A stretch of DNA of 64,000 nt from Takakia lepidozioides (lineage: Eukaryota > Plantae > Bryophyta), in contig CM060731.1 of the NCBI GenBank assembly GCA_030704615.1, forward strand, positions 42,470,001 to 42,534,000. The letters are read 5' to 3'. The notes beneath the pieces are model-generated. The model searched no databases. It was not told where the DNA came from and saw nothing but the letters and a program-made list of their open reading frames with translations. A program made the position numbers and the translations under genes. This document shows positions 1 through 15,000 of the stretch, piece after piece. The stretch's first letter is position 1. Every line of letters starts with the position of its first letter.

Positions 1-3000
1 GAGCTATTCTCTGTCTGTGAACACTTCTACTTTGATTGCGTTCTGTTGGACGCCATGGCGCAGGGCATACCACAAAACACTCCCTGCCACTCACCTGAGG
101 CATCCTCACTAACACACATCTTTATGTGGTGGTTTTTGGGACGGGCACAGGTGAGGGTCTTCACTTGTGTTGATTTCCTGAAGCTTGCAGTTCCTATTCT
201 TGCAAATGTGGGTGGTGCTGAGCCTCTTGCCGCTTCAAAACTGCCAGCATACGGATGCAGACCTGCTTCAACTGGGCTCCAATGAGGATCTACTTCTGCT
301 CCTTACCTTGTTTGTGGTTTCTTGCAACCATATCTACATGGCAGGAGGTAGGGCAGACACGAGAACTCATGGAATACAAATCTACCGATTTATCTACTGT
401 TTTTTTCATGTTTCAATGCGGGTATAATGTAGCGGTCGGTACCTTGGCTGCACTGAAATTCGGCTCTACAATGAAACCTCTTGGCTGGTTATTAAGACGG
501 ACTGTTGTGCCTTACTAGACAACACACATTCTGCAAGACCTTCATTTCACTTTGATTTCATATGATGGACTGCAAACAGGGGTTTTTTAATTACCTTTCT
601 ACCCTGGCAGAGCTGTTCTTAAGACCCTGGAATACCACTCCAGACTTGTATCTGCTTCAAAAGACTCGGCCTTGTTTTTATTTTGTGAATCCTGCTTGTG
701 TCTTATGTCTCGTAAAACAGACATTGTGGTTATTTATAGACTACCAAGCATCACATTGTTGGGCTCTTTTTAGACTACAAACTGTTTTCTAAAGTACCCC
801 AAGTGATCTCTTGGGACAAAAAATTGGTAAGCTCTATATGGCCTCTTAATATACTCCCTATATTGTGCTTGCTTTGCGTCTCCGCTGGCCTGCAATAGAA
901 ATACCGGATCCAGATGTACCAGTATGGGTTGGCTGGAATATGCTTAAGACATGTATGTCTTAATGTTTCAATTTCAATTTTAAGTACTATATGCTTGGCT
1001 CTGGAGATTTATCTGCAATCCGGGTTTTTGAAATGAGATTACAATCTACAAGTATGGTGATGAATATCAAACCCATGGTGCTTTCATGATATGAATGACC
1101 AGGAATCCCGCCCTCCCAGCCTGTTTTTTCAGATACCCTGAAATGTAACGAGGTATTCAAATGAGATGGTTAAAAAAAAAGGGGGGTTGTTAGATGGTGC
1201 CCTGTAAAGGGCTGCATTGTCTTTCAATGACAATGACCTCAGTGGTCTTGTCCATGTCCTGACATGACATGTATATCTTCCCTCTCTTTATCTGATCAGT
1301 GTACTTAGTGGTTTTTGTACACACCATCTACCCTTCTCCTTTCCTGTTTCACCTTCTCATTTTGATGTACTAACAATGTTTTTTGAAGGGCCTTGGCAGA
1401 TAGGCAACAAACACATTCCAAACTGGAATGATGAACTGAAAGCCCTGGGGTATGAATCTCCCTTGGCCAGGTATGTTCTTCTCCAGCAATAGTATGGTTG
1501 ATTGATTGGGTATGAAAAGTAAGGCATCCTTGATGATACCTGAAATAAGCACAGAGCATCTAAAGGACTTTTGAATGCCGATATTATGAGCTAAGCCCTG
1601 GTAAGACAGCTTACGGGAGTATGTGTACACCTTATACATGATCCGGTCAATGCACACTACTTTTGTTAGCTAGTCTCATGTAGCCGATGCCTTATATCAG
1701 AATCAGATACCTTATGATTGAGTGACTGCCATGTCCTTTGATCAAGTGCTTCTATACTTCTCTTAGATATGGCTTTGCTCCTTGTGGCACCATAAGAAAA
1801 TACCCAACTCTAATCTGTTGCTAGAAGATGTTTTGTCTATATCACAGGCATGTTACTACAGACCTGAGCTGCTGTGTATCTTGACAAGGTTCCTTGAACG
1901 AGGTTCCTTCCCTAGCCTGTTCTTCCCTGTGCAAGAACTTATTGAGATACTGAAAGGTATTTTCTAAAAACTTGTACCTATCCAGAGCTAAGTATACCAC
2001 TGAACTCTCTGTTCTTTTCTCGTGATACTATACCGGTCTTGCTATGATACACTTTATGCCAATGTTTCATTCATGACCCGAGGAAGAGAGGATGTAGGAT
2101 TCTACTCCCTTGGATAATATAATCTCTAAGGATAGAACTACATGGAAGAGGGGAAACCTTATGAGAAGGGGTCTGGTATGCACTCCCTTACGGGGTGAGT
2201 GCATACCACACTCACTCCGTAAGGTTCTGCCATGCCAGGGGATTGGCTGGTGGGTCCCTCTCTCTCCCTCTCTCCCTCTCCCTCTATAACTCTTTGGATT
2301 TCATCTGGCCTTAACCTTTTTGAGGCCGGTTATTTGGTTTTTCATCCCAATCTTTTTTCATCCAAACTTGGCTGATATTATTGTAGGATGATGAAACTTA
2401 ATGTACAGAAAGCTTGGTTTACCATTTGTTTCTTTCATCTAAACTGGATGAACTACATGAATAATGGTGACCTATTTTAATCCAAGAGATAGTAATTTTA
2501 CCATCATTTATTATAAATGATGGCAGTTATAAAACTTGAGCCTATACCCTAACCCTAAAAGATACCTTTTTATTGGATGTCATCCATTGACAAAGTGCAT
2601 CTCGTGCTAAAATGCGACTTTTCGTCCACCCTGCATGACAAATCGAGGAGCTGTGCCCTAAGCGGGCCGACACATTTCACAGCACAGAACTCGTGCTTCA
2701 GGGATCCTCGATGATGCGCCGTGTAAATCTGCTCCCCTGCTGCTGCATGGTACTCGTGATGGCTGGCTCTTGGGATGCGCATTGGCGGTTAGGCAGATTC
2801 CTCTCTGGCAGGCGACAAAGCGATGATCGCTTTGCTCAGACCCTCATGGTTCTTTTTAATTTGCAGCGGCGCTTTTACTCCTCGTTGGGAAGTACTCTAT
2901 CCCTATTTATCTACATATTACATGCGGCTCTCTTTTTGTATGAGCTATTCTCTGTCTGTGAACACTTCTACTTTGATTGCGTTCTGTTGGACGCCATGGC

Positions 3001-6000
3001 GCAGGGCATACCACAAAACACTCCCTGCCACTCACCTGAGGCATCCTCACTAACACACATCTTTATGTGGTGGTTTTTGGGACGGGCACAGGTGAGGGTC
3101 TTCACTTGTGTTGATTTCCTGAAGCTTGCAGTTCCTATTCTTGCAAATGTGGGTGGTGCTGAGCCTCTTGCCGCTTCAAAACTGCCAGCATACGGATGCA
3201 GACCTGCTTCAACTGGGCTCCAATGAGGATCTACTTCTGCTCCTTACCTTGTTTGTGGTTTCTTGCAACCATATCTACATGGCAGGAGGTAGGGCAGACA
3301 CGAGAACTCATGGAATACAAATCTACCGATTTATCTACTGTTTTTTTCATGTTTCAATGCGGGTATAATGTAGCGGTCGGTACCTTGGCTGCACTGAAAT
3401 TCGGCTCTACAATGAAACCTCTTGGCTGGTTATTAAGACGGACTGTTGTGCCTTACTAGACAACACACATTCTGCAAGACCTTCATTTCACTTTGATTTC
3501 ATATGATGGACTGCAAACAGGGGTTTTTTAATTACCTTTCTACCCTGGCAGAGCTGTTCTTAAGACCCTGGAATACCACTCCAGACTTGTATCTGCTTCA
3601 AAAGACTCGGCCTTGTTTTTATTTTGTGAATCCTGCTTGTGTCTTATGTCTCGTAAAACAGACATTGTGGTTATTTATAGACTACCAAGCATCACATTGT
3701 TGGGCTCTTTTTAGACTACAAACTGTTTTCTAAAGTACCCCAAGTGATCTCTTGGGACAAAAAATTGGTAAGCTCTATATGGCCTCTTAATATACTCCCT
3801 ATATTGTGCTTGCTTTGCGTCTCCGCTGGCCTGCAATAGAAATACCGGATCCAGATGTACCAGTATGGGTTGGCTGGAATATGCTTAAGACATGTATGTC
3901 TTAATGTTTCAATTTCAATTTTAAGTACTATATGCTTGGCTCTGGAGATTTATCTGCAATCCGGGTTTTTGAAATGAGATTACAATCTACAAGTATGGTG
4001 ATGAATATCAAACCCATGGTGCTTTCATGATATGAATGACCAGGAATCCCGCCCTCCCAGCCTGTTTTTTCAGATACCCTGAAATGTAACGAGGTATTCA
4101 AATGAGATGGTTAAAAAAAAGGGGGGTTGTTAGATGGTGCCCTGTAAAGGGCTGCATTGTCTTTCAATGACAATGACCTCAGTGGTCTTGTCCATGTCCT
4201 GACATGACATGTATATCTTCCCTCTCTTTATCTGATCAGTGTACTTAGTGGTTTTTGTACACACCATCTACCCTTCTCCTTTCCTGTTTCACCTTCTCAT
4301 TTTGATGTACTAACAATGTTTTTTGAAGGGCCTTGGCAGATAGGCAACAAACACATTCCAAACTGGAATGATGAACTGAAAGCCCTGGGGTATGAATCTC
4401 CCTTGGCCAGGTATGTTCTTCTCCAGCAATAGTATGGTTGATTGATTGGGTATGAAAAGTAAGGCATCCTTGATGATACCTGAAATAAGCACAGAGCATC
4501 TAAAGGACTTTTGAATGCCGATATTATGAGCTAAGCCCTGGTAAGACAGCTTACGGGAGTATGTGTACACCTTATACATGATCCGGTCAATGCACACTAC
4601 TTTTGTTAGCTAGTCTCATGTAGCCGATGCCTTATATCAGAATCAGATACCTTATGATTGAGTGACTGCCATGTCCTTTGATCAAGTGCTTCTATACTTC
4701 TCTTAGATATGGCTTTGCTCCTTGTGGCACCATAAGAAAATACCCAACTCTAATCTGTTGCTAGAAGATGTTTTGTCTATATCACAGGCATGTTACTACA
4801 GACCTGAGCTGCTGTGTATCTTGACAAGGTTCCTTGAACGAGGTTCCTTCCCTAGCCTGTTCTTCCCTGTGCAAGAACTTATTGAGATACTGAAAGGTAT
4901 TTTCTAAAAACTTGTACCTATCCAGAGCTAAGTATACCACTGAACTCTCTGTTCTTTTCTCGTGATACTATACCGGTCTTGCTATGATACACTTTATGCC
5001 AATGTTTCATTCATGACCCGAGGAAGAGAGGATGTAGGATTCTACTCCCTTGGATAATATAATCTCTAAGGATAGAACTACATGGAAGAGGGGAAACCTT
5101 ATGAGAAGGGGTCTGGTATGCACTCCCTTACGGGGTGAGTGCATACCACACTCACTCCGTAAGGTTCTGCCATGCCAGGGGATTGGCTGGTGGGTCCCTC
5201 TCTCTCCCTCTCTCCCTCTCCCTCTATAACTCTTTGGATTTCATCTGGCCTTAACCTTTTTGAGGCCGGTTATTTGGTTTTTCATCCCAATCTTTTTTCA
5301 TCCAAACTTGGCTGATATTATTGTAGGATGATGAAACTTAATGTACAGAAAGCTTGGTTTACCATTTGTTTCTTTCATCTAAACTGGATGAACTACATGA
5401 ATAATGGTGACCTATTTTAATCCAAGAGATAGTAATTTTACCATCATTTATTATAAATGATGGCAGTTATAAAACTTGAGCCTATACCCTAACCCTAAAA
5501 GATACCTTTTTATTGGATGTCATCCATTGACAAAGTGCATCTCGTGCTAAAATGCGACTTTTCGTCCACCCTGCATGACAAATCGAGGAGCTGTGCCCTA
5601 AGCGGGCCGACACATTTCACAGCACAGAACTCGTGCTTCAGGGATCCTCGATGATGCGCCGTGTAAATCTGCTCCCCTGCTGCTGCATGGTACTCGTGAT
5701 GGCTGGCTCTTGGGATGCGCATTGGCGGTTAGGCAGATTCCTCTCTGGCAGGCGACAAAGCGATGATCGCTTTGCTCAGACCCTCATGGTTCTTTTTAAT
5801 TTGCAGCGGCGCTTTTACTCCTCGTTGGGAAGTACTCTATCCCTATTTATCTACATATTACATGCGGCTCTCTTTTTGTATGAGCTATTCTCTGTCTGTG
5901 AACACTTCTACTTTGATTGCGTTCTGTTGGACGCCATGGCGCAGGGCATACCACAAAACACTCCCTGCCACTCACCTGAGGCATCCTCACTAACACACAT

Positions 6001-9000
6001 CTTTATGTGGTGGTTTTTGGGACGGGCACAGGTGAGGGTCTTCACTTGTGTTGATTTCCTGAAGCTTGCAGTTCCTATTCTTGCAAATGTGGGTGGTGCT
6101 GAGCCTCTTGCCGCTTCAAAACTGCCAGCATACGGATGCAGACCTGCTTCAACTGGGCTCCAATGAGGATCTACTTCTGCTCCTTACCTTGTTTGTGGTT
6201 TCTTGCAACCATATCTACATGGCAGGAGGTAGGGCAGACACGAGAACTCATGGAATACAAATCTACCGATTTATCTACTGTTTTTTTCATGTTTCAATGC
6301 GGGTATAATGTAGCGGTCGGTACCTTGGCTGCACTGAAATTCGGCTCTACAATGAAACCTCTTGGCTGGTTATTAAGACGGACTGTTGTGCCTTACTAGA
6401 CAACACACATTCTGCAAGACCTTCATTTCACTTTGATTTCATATGATGGACTGCAAACAGGGGTTTTTTAATTACCTTTCTACCCTGGCAGAGCTGTTCT
6501 TAAGACCCTGGAATACCACTCCAGACTTGTATCTGCTTCAAAAGACTCGGCCTTGTTTTTATTTTGTGAATCCTGCTTGTGTCTTATGTCTCGTAAAACA
6601 GACATTGTGGTTATTTATAGACTACCAAGCATCACATTGTTGGGCTCTTTTTAGACTACAAACTGTTTTCTAAAGTACCCCAAGTGATCTCTTGGGACAA
6701 AAAATTGGTAAGCTCTATATGGCCTCTTAATATACTCCCTATATTGTGCTTGCTTTGCGTCTCCGCTGGCCTGCAATAGAAATACCGGATCCAGATGTAC
6801 CAGTATGGGTTGGCTGGAATATGCTTAAGACATGTATGTCTTAATGTTTCAATTTCAATTTTAAGTACTATATGCTTGGCTCTGGAGATTTATCTGCAAT
6901 CCGGGTTTTTGAAATGAGATTACAATCTACAAGTATGGTGATGAATATCAAACCCATGGTGCTTTCATGATATGAATGACCAGGAATCCCGCCCTCCCAG
7001 CCTGTTTTTTCAGATACCCTGAAATGTAACGAGGTATTCAAATGAGATGGTTAAAAAAAAAGGGGGGTTGTTAGATGGTGCCCTGTAAAGGGCTGCATTG
7101 TCTTTCAATGACAATGACCTCAGTGGTCTTGTCCATGTCCTGACATGACATGTATATCTTCCCTCTCTTTATCTGATCAGTGTACTTAGTGGTTTTTGTA
7201 CACACCATCTACCCTTCTCCTTTCCTGTTTCACCTTCTCATTTTGATGTACTAACAATGTTTTTTGAAGGGCCTTGGCAGATAGGCAACAAACACATTCC
7301 AAACTGGAATGATGAACTGAAAGCCCTGGGGTATGAATCTCCCTTGGCCAGGTATGTTCTTCTCCAGCAATAGTATGGTTGATTGATTGGGTATGAAAAG
7401 TAAGGCATCCTTGATGATACCTGAAATAAGCACAGAGCATCTAAAGGACTTTTGAATGCCGATATTATGAGCTAAGCCCTGGTAAGACAGCTTACGGGAG
7501 TATGTGTACACCTTATACATGATCCGGTCAATGCACACTACTTTTGTTAGCTAGTCTCATGTAGCCGATGCCTTATATCAGAATCAGATACCTTATGATT
7601 GAGTGACTGCCATGTCCTTTGATCAAGTGCTTCTATACTTCTCTTAGATATGGCTTTGCTCCTTGTGGCACCATAAGAAAATACCCAACTCTAATCTGTT
7701 GCTAGAAGATGTTTTGTCTATATCACAGGCATGTTACTACAGACCTGAGCTGCTGTTGTATCTTGACAAGGTTCCTTGAACGAGGTTCCTTCCCTAGCCT
7801 GTTCTTCCCTGTGCAAGAACTTATTGAGATACTGAAAGGTATTTTCTAAAAACTTGTACCTATCCAGAGCTAAGTATACCACTGAACTCTCTGTTCTTTT
7901 CTCGTGATACTATACCGGTCTTGCTATGATACACTTTATGCCAATGTTTCATTCATGACCCGAGGAAGAGAGGATGTAGGATTCTACTCCCTTGGATAAT
8001 ATAATCTCTAAGGATAGAACTACATGGAAGAGGGGAAACCTTATGAGAAGGGGTCTGGTATGCACTCCCTTACGGGGTGAGTGCATACCACACTCACTCC
8101 GTAAGGTTCTGCCATGCCAGGGGATTGGCTGGTGGGTCCCTCTCTCTCCCTCTCTCCCTCTCCCTCTATAACTCTTTGGATTTCATCTGGCCTTAACCTT
8201 TTTGAGGCCGGTTATTTGGTTTTTCATCCCAATCTTTTTTCATCCAAACTTGGCTGATATTATTGTAGGATGATGAAACTTAATGTACAGAAAGCTTGGT
8301 TTACCATTTGTTTCTTTCATCTAAACTGGATGAACTACATGAATAATGGTGACCTATTTTAATCCAAGAGATAGTAATTTTACCATCATTTATTATAAAT
8401 GATGGCAGTTATAAAACTTGAGCCTATACCCTAACCCTAAAAGATACCTTTTTATTGGATGTCATCCATTGACAAAGTGCATCTCGTGCTAAAATGCGAC
8501 TTTTCGTCCACCCTGCATGACAAATCGAGGAGCTGTGCCCTAAGCGGGCCGACACATTTCACAGCACAGAACTCGTGCTTCAGGGATCCTCGATGATGCG
8601 CCGTGTAAATCTGCTCCCCTGCTGCTGCATGGTACTCGTGATGGCTGGCTCTTGGGATGCGCATTGGCGGTTAGGCAGATTCCTCTCTGGCAGGCGACAA
8701 AGCGATGATCGCTTTGCTCAGACCCTCATGGTTCTTTTTAATTTGCAGCGGCGCTTTTACTCCTCGTTGGGAAGTACTCTATCCCTATTTATCTACATAT
8801 TACATGCGGCTCTCTTTTTGTATGAGCTATTCTCTGTCTGTGAACACTTCTACTTTGATTGCGTTCTGTTGGACGCCATGGCGCAGGGCATACCACAAAA
8901 CACTCCCTGCCACTCACCTGAGGCATCCTCACTAACACACATCTTTATGTGGTGGTTTTTGGGACGGGCACAGGTGAGGGTCTTCACTTGTGTTGATTTC

Positions 9001-12000
9001 CTGAAGCTTGCAGTTCCTATTCTTGCAAATGTGGGTGGTGCTGAGCCTCTTGCCGCTTCAAAACTGCCAGCATACGGATGCAGACCTGCTTCAACTGGGC
9101 TCCAATGAGGATCTACTTCTGCTCCTTACCTTGTTTGTGGTTTCTTGCAACCATATCTACATGGCAGGAGGTAGGGCAGACACGAGAACTCATGGAATAC
9201 AAATCTACCGATTTATCTACTGTTTTTTTCATGTTTCAATGCGGGTATAATGTAGCGGTCGGTACCTTGGCTGCACTGAAATTCGGCTCTACAATGAAAC
9301 CTCTTGGCTGGTTATTAAGACGGACTGTTGTGCCTTACTAGACAACACACATTCTGCAAGACCTTCATTTCACTTTGATTTCATATGATGGACTGCAAAC
9401 AGGGGTTTTTTAATTACCTTTCTACCCTGGCAGAGCTGTTCTTAAGACCCTGGAATACCACTCCAGACTTGTATCTGCTTCAAAAGACTCGGCCTTGTTT
9501 TTATTTTGTGAATCCTGCTTGTGTCTTATGTCTCGTAAAACAGACATTGTGGTTATTTATAGACTACCAAGCATCACATTGTTGGGCTCTTTTTAGACTA
9601 CAAACTGTTTTCTAAAGTACCCCAAGTGATCTCTTGGGACAAAAAATTGGTAAGCTCTATATGGCCTCTTAATATACTCCCTATATTGTGCTTGCTTTGC
9701 GTCTCCGCTGGCCTGCAATAGAAATACCGGATCCAGATGTACCAGTATGGGTTGGCTGGAATATGCTTAAGACATGTATGTCTTAATGTTTCAATTTCAA
9801 TTTTAAGTACTATATGCTTGGCTCTGGAGATTTATCTGCAATCCGGGTTTTTGAAATGAGATTACAATCTACAAGTATGGTGATGAATATCAAACCCATG
9901 GTGCTTTCATGATATGAATGACCAGGAATCCCGCCCTCCCAGCCTGTTTTTTCAGATACCCTGAAATGTAACGAGGTATTCAAATGAGATGGTTAAAAAA
10001 AAAGGGGGGTTGTTAGATGGTGCCCTGTAAAGGGCTGCATTGTCTTTCAATGACAATGACCTCAGTGGTCTTGTCCATGTCCTGACATGACATGTATATC
10101 TTCCCTCTCTTTATCTGATCAGTGTACTTAGTGGTTTTTGTACACACCATCTACCCTTCTCCTTTCCTGTTTCACCTTCTCATTTTGATGTACTAACAAT
10201 GTTTTTTGAAGGGCCTTGGCAGATAGGCAACAAACACATTCCAAACTGGAATGATGAACTGAAAGCCCTGGGGTATGAATCTCCCTTGGCCAGGTATGTT
10301 CTTCTCCAGCAATAGTATGGTTGATTGATTGGGTATGAAAAGTAAGGCATCCTTGATGATACCTGAAATAAGCACAGAGCATCTAAAGGACTTTTGAATG
10401 CCGATATTATGAGCTAAGCCCTGGTAAGACAGCTTACGGGAGTATGTGTACACCTTATACATGATCCGGTCAATGCACACTACTTTTGTTAGCTAGTCTC
10501 ATGTAGCCGATGCCTTATATCAGAATCAGATACCTTATGATTGAGTGACTGCCATGTCCTTTGATCAAGTGCTTCTATACTTCTCTTAGATATGGCTTTG
10601 CTCCTTGTGGCACCATAAGAAAATACCCAACTCTAATCTGTTGCTAGAAGATGTTTTGTCTATATCACAGGCATGTTACTACAGACCTGAGCTGCTGTTG
10701 TATCTTGACAAGGTTCCTTGAACGAGGTTCCTTCCCTAGCCTGTTCTTCCCTGTGCAAGAACTTATTGAGATACTGAAAGGTATTTTCTAAAAACTTGTA
10801 CCTATCCAGAGCTAAGTATACCACTGAACTCTCTGTTCTTTTCTCGTGATACTATACCGGTCTTGCTATGATACACTTTATGCCAATGTTTCATTCATGA
10901 CCCGAGGAAGAGAGGATGTAGGATTCTACTCCCTTGGATAATATAATCTCTAAGGATAGAACTACATGGAAGAGGGGAAACCTTATGAGAAGGGGTCTGG
11001 TATGCACTCCCTTACGGGGTGAGTGCATACCACACTCACTCCGTAAGGTTCTGCCATGCCAGGGGATTGGCTGGTGGGTCCCTCTCTCTCCCTCTCTCCC
11101 TCTCCCTCTATAACTCTTTGGATTTCATCTGGCCTTAACCTTTTTGAGGCCGGTTATTTGGTTTTTCATCCCAATCTTTTTTCATCCAAACTTGGCTGAT
11201 ATTATTGTAGGATGATGAAACTTAATGTACAGAAAGCTTGGTTTACCATTTGTTTCTTTCATCTAAACTGGATGAACTACATGAATAATGGTGACCTATT
11301 TTAATCCAAGAGATAGTAATTTTACCATCATTTATTATAAATGATGGCAGTTATAAAACTTGAGCCTATACCCTAACCCTAAAAGATACCTTTTTATTGG
11401 ATGTCATCCATTGACAAAGTGCATCTCGTGCTAAAATGCGACTTTTCGTCCACCCTGCATGACAAATCGAGGAGCTGTGCCCTAAGCGGGCCGACACATT
11501 TCACAGCACAGAACTCGTGCTTCAGGGATCCTCGATGATGCGCCGTGTAAATCTGCTCCCCTGCTGCTGCATGGTACTCGTGATGGCTGGCTCTTGGGAT
11601 GCGCATTGGCGGTTAGGCAGATTCCTCTCTGGCAGGCGACAAAGCGATGATCGCTTTGCTCAGACCCTCATGGTTCTTTTTAATTTGCAGCGGCGCTTTT
11701 ACTCCTCGTTGGGAAGTACTCTATCCCTATTTATCTACATATTACATGCGGCTCTCTTTTTGTATGAGCTATTCTCTGTCTGTGAACACTTCTACTTTGA
11801 TTGCGTTCTGTTGGACGCCATGGCGCAGGGCATACCACAAAACACTCCCTGCCACTCACCTGAGGCATCCTCACTAACACACATCTTTATGTGGTGGTTT
11901 TTGGGACGGGCACAGGTGAGGGTCTTCACTTGTGTTGATTTCCTGAAGCTTGCAGTTCCTATTCTTGCAAATGTGGGTGGTGCTGAGCCTCTTGCCGCTT

Positions 12001-15000
12001 CAAAACTGCCAGCATACGGATGCAGACCTGCTTCAACTGGGCTCCAATGAGGATCTACTTCTGCTCCTTACCTTGTTTGTGGTTTCTTGCAACCATATCT
12101 ACATGGCAGGAGGTAGGGCAGACACGAGAACTCATGGAATACAAATCTACCGATTTATCTACTGTTTTTTTCATGTTTCAATGCGGGTATAATGTAGCGG
12201 TCGGTACCTTGGCTGCACTGAAATTCGGCTCTACAATGAAACCTCTTGGCTGGTTATTAAGACGGACTGTTGTGCCTTACTAGACAACACACATTCTGCA
12301 AGACCTTCATTTCACTTTGATTTCATATGATGGACTGCAAACAGGGGTTTTTTAATTACCTTTCTACCCTGGCAGAGCTGTTCTTAAGACCCTGGAATAC
12401 CACTCCAGACTTGTATCTGCTTCAAAAGACTCGGCCTTGTTTTTATTTTGTGAATCCTGCTTGTGTCTTATGTCTCGTAAAACAGACATTGTGGTTATTT
12501 ATAGACTACCAAGCATCACATTGTTGGGCTCTTTTTAGACTACAAACTGTTTTCTAAAGTACCCCAAGTGATCTCTTGGGACAAAAAATTGGTAAGCTCT
12601 ATATGGCCTCTTAATATACTCCCTATATTGTGCTTGCTTTGCGTCTCCGCTGGCCTGCAATAGAAATACCGGATCCAGATGTACCAGTATGGGTTGGCTG
12701 GAATATGCTTAAGACATGTATGTCTTAATGTTTCAATTTCAATTTTAAGTACTATATGCTTGGCTCTGGAGATTTATCTGCAATCCGGGTTTTTGAAATG
12801 AGATTACAATCTACAAGTATGGTGATGAATATCAAACCCATGGTGCTTTCATGATATGAATGACCAGGAATCCCGCCCTCCCAGCCTGTTTTTTCAGATA
12901 CCCTGAAATGTAACGAGGTATTCAAATGAGATGGTTAAAAAAAAAGGGGGTTGTTAGATGGTGCCCTGTAAAGGGCTGCATTGTCTTTCAATGACAATGA
13001 CCTCAGTGGTCTTGTCCATGTCCTGACATGACATGTATATCTTCCCTCTCTTTATCTGATCAGTGTACTTAGTGGTTTTTGTACACACCATCTACCCTTC
13101 TCCTTTCCTGTTTCACCTTCTCATTTTGATGTACTAACAATGTTTTTTGAAGGGCCTTGGCAGATAGGCAACAAACACATTCCAAACTGGAATGATGAAC
13201 TGAAAGCCCTGGGGTATGAATCTCCCTTGGCCAGGTATGTTCTTCTCCAGCAATAGTATGGTTGATTGATTGGGTATGAAAAGTAAGGCATCCTTGATGA
13301 TACCTGAAATAAGCACAGAGCATCTAAAGGACTTTTGAATGCCGATATTATGAGCTAAGCCCTGGTAAGACAGCTTACGGGAGTATGTGTACACCTTATA
13401 CATGATCCGGTCAATGCACACTACTTTTGTTAGCTAGTCTCATGTAGCCGATGCCTTATATCAGAATCAGATACCTTATGATTGAGTGACTGCCATGTCC
13501 TTTGATCAAGTGCTTCTATACTTCTCTTAGATATGGCTTTGCTCCTTGTGGCACCATAAGAAAATACCCAACTCTAATCTGTTGCTAGAAGATGTTTTGT
13601 CTATATCACAGGCATGTTACTACAGACCTGAGCTGCTGCTGTATCTTGACAAGGTTCCTTGAACGAGGTTCCTTCCCTAGCCTGTTCTTCCCTGTGCAAG
13701 AACTTATTGAGATACTGAAAGGTATTTTCTAAAAACTTGTACCTATCCAGAGCTAAGTATACCACTGAACTCTCTGTTCTTTTCTCGTGATACTATACCG
13801 GTCTTGCTATGATACACTTTATGCCAATGTTTCATTCATGACCCGAGGAAGAGAGGATGTAGGATTCTACTCCCTTGGATAATATAATCTCTAAGGATAG
13901 AACTACATGGAAGAGGGGAAACCTTATGAGAAGGGGTCTGGTATGCACTCCCTTACGGGGTGAGTGCATACCACACTCACTCCGTAAGGTTCTGCCATGC
14001 CAGGGGATTGGCTGGTGGGTCCCTCTCTCTCCCTCTCTCCCTCTCCCTCTATAACTCTTTGGATTTCATCTGGCCTTAACCTTTTTGAGGCCGGTTATTT
14101 GGTTTTTCATCCCAATCTTTTTTCATCCAAACTTGGCTGATATTATTGTAGGATGATGAAACTTAATGTACAGAAAGCTTGGTTTACCATTTGTTTCTTT
14201 CATCTAAACTGGATGAACTACATGAATAATGGTGACCTATTTTAATCCAAGAGATAGTAATTTTACCATCATTTATTATAAATGATGGCAGTTATAAAAC
14301 TTGAGCCTATACCCTAACCCTAAAAGATACCTTTTTATTGGATGTCATCCATTGACAAAGTGCATCTCGTGCTAAAATGCGACTTTTCGTCCACCCTGCA
14401 TGACAAATCGAGGAGCTGTGCCCTAAGCGGGCCGACACATTTCACAGCACAGAACTCGTGCTTCAGGGATCCTCGATGATGCGCCGTGTAAATCTGCTCC
14501 CCTGCTGCTGCATGGTACTCGTGATGGCTGGCTCTTGGGATGCGCATTGGCGGTTAGGCAGATTCCTCTCTGGCAGGCGACAAAGCGATGATCGCTTTGC
14601 TCAGACCCTCATGGTTCTTTTTAATTTGCAGCGGCGCTTTTACTCCTCGTTGGGAAGTACTCTATCCCTATTTATCTACATATTACATGCGGCTCTCTTT
14701 TTGTATGAGCTATTCTCTGTCTGTGAACACTTCTACTTTGATTGCGTTCTGTTGGACGCCATGGCGCAGGGCATACCACAAAACACTCCCTGCCACTCAC
14801 CTGAGGCATCCTCACTAACACACATCTTTATGTGGTGGTTTTTGGGACGGGCACAGGTGAGGGTCTTCACTTGTGTTGATTTCCTGAAGCTTGCAGTTCC
14901 TATTCTTGCAAATGTGGGTGGTGCTGAGCCTCTTGCCGCTTCAAAACTGCCAGCATACGGATGCAGACCTGCTTCAACTGGGCTCCAATGAGGATCTACT

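Noticed and set aside
415-490. tRNA-like start (gcgggtataatgtagcggt) in the monomer
   Set aside because: No T-loop GTTCRA or acceptor stem could be built.
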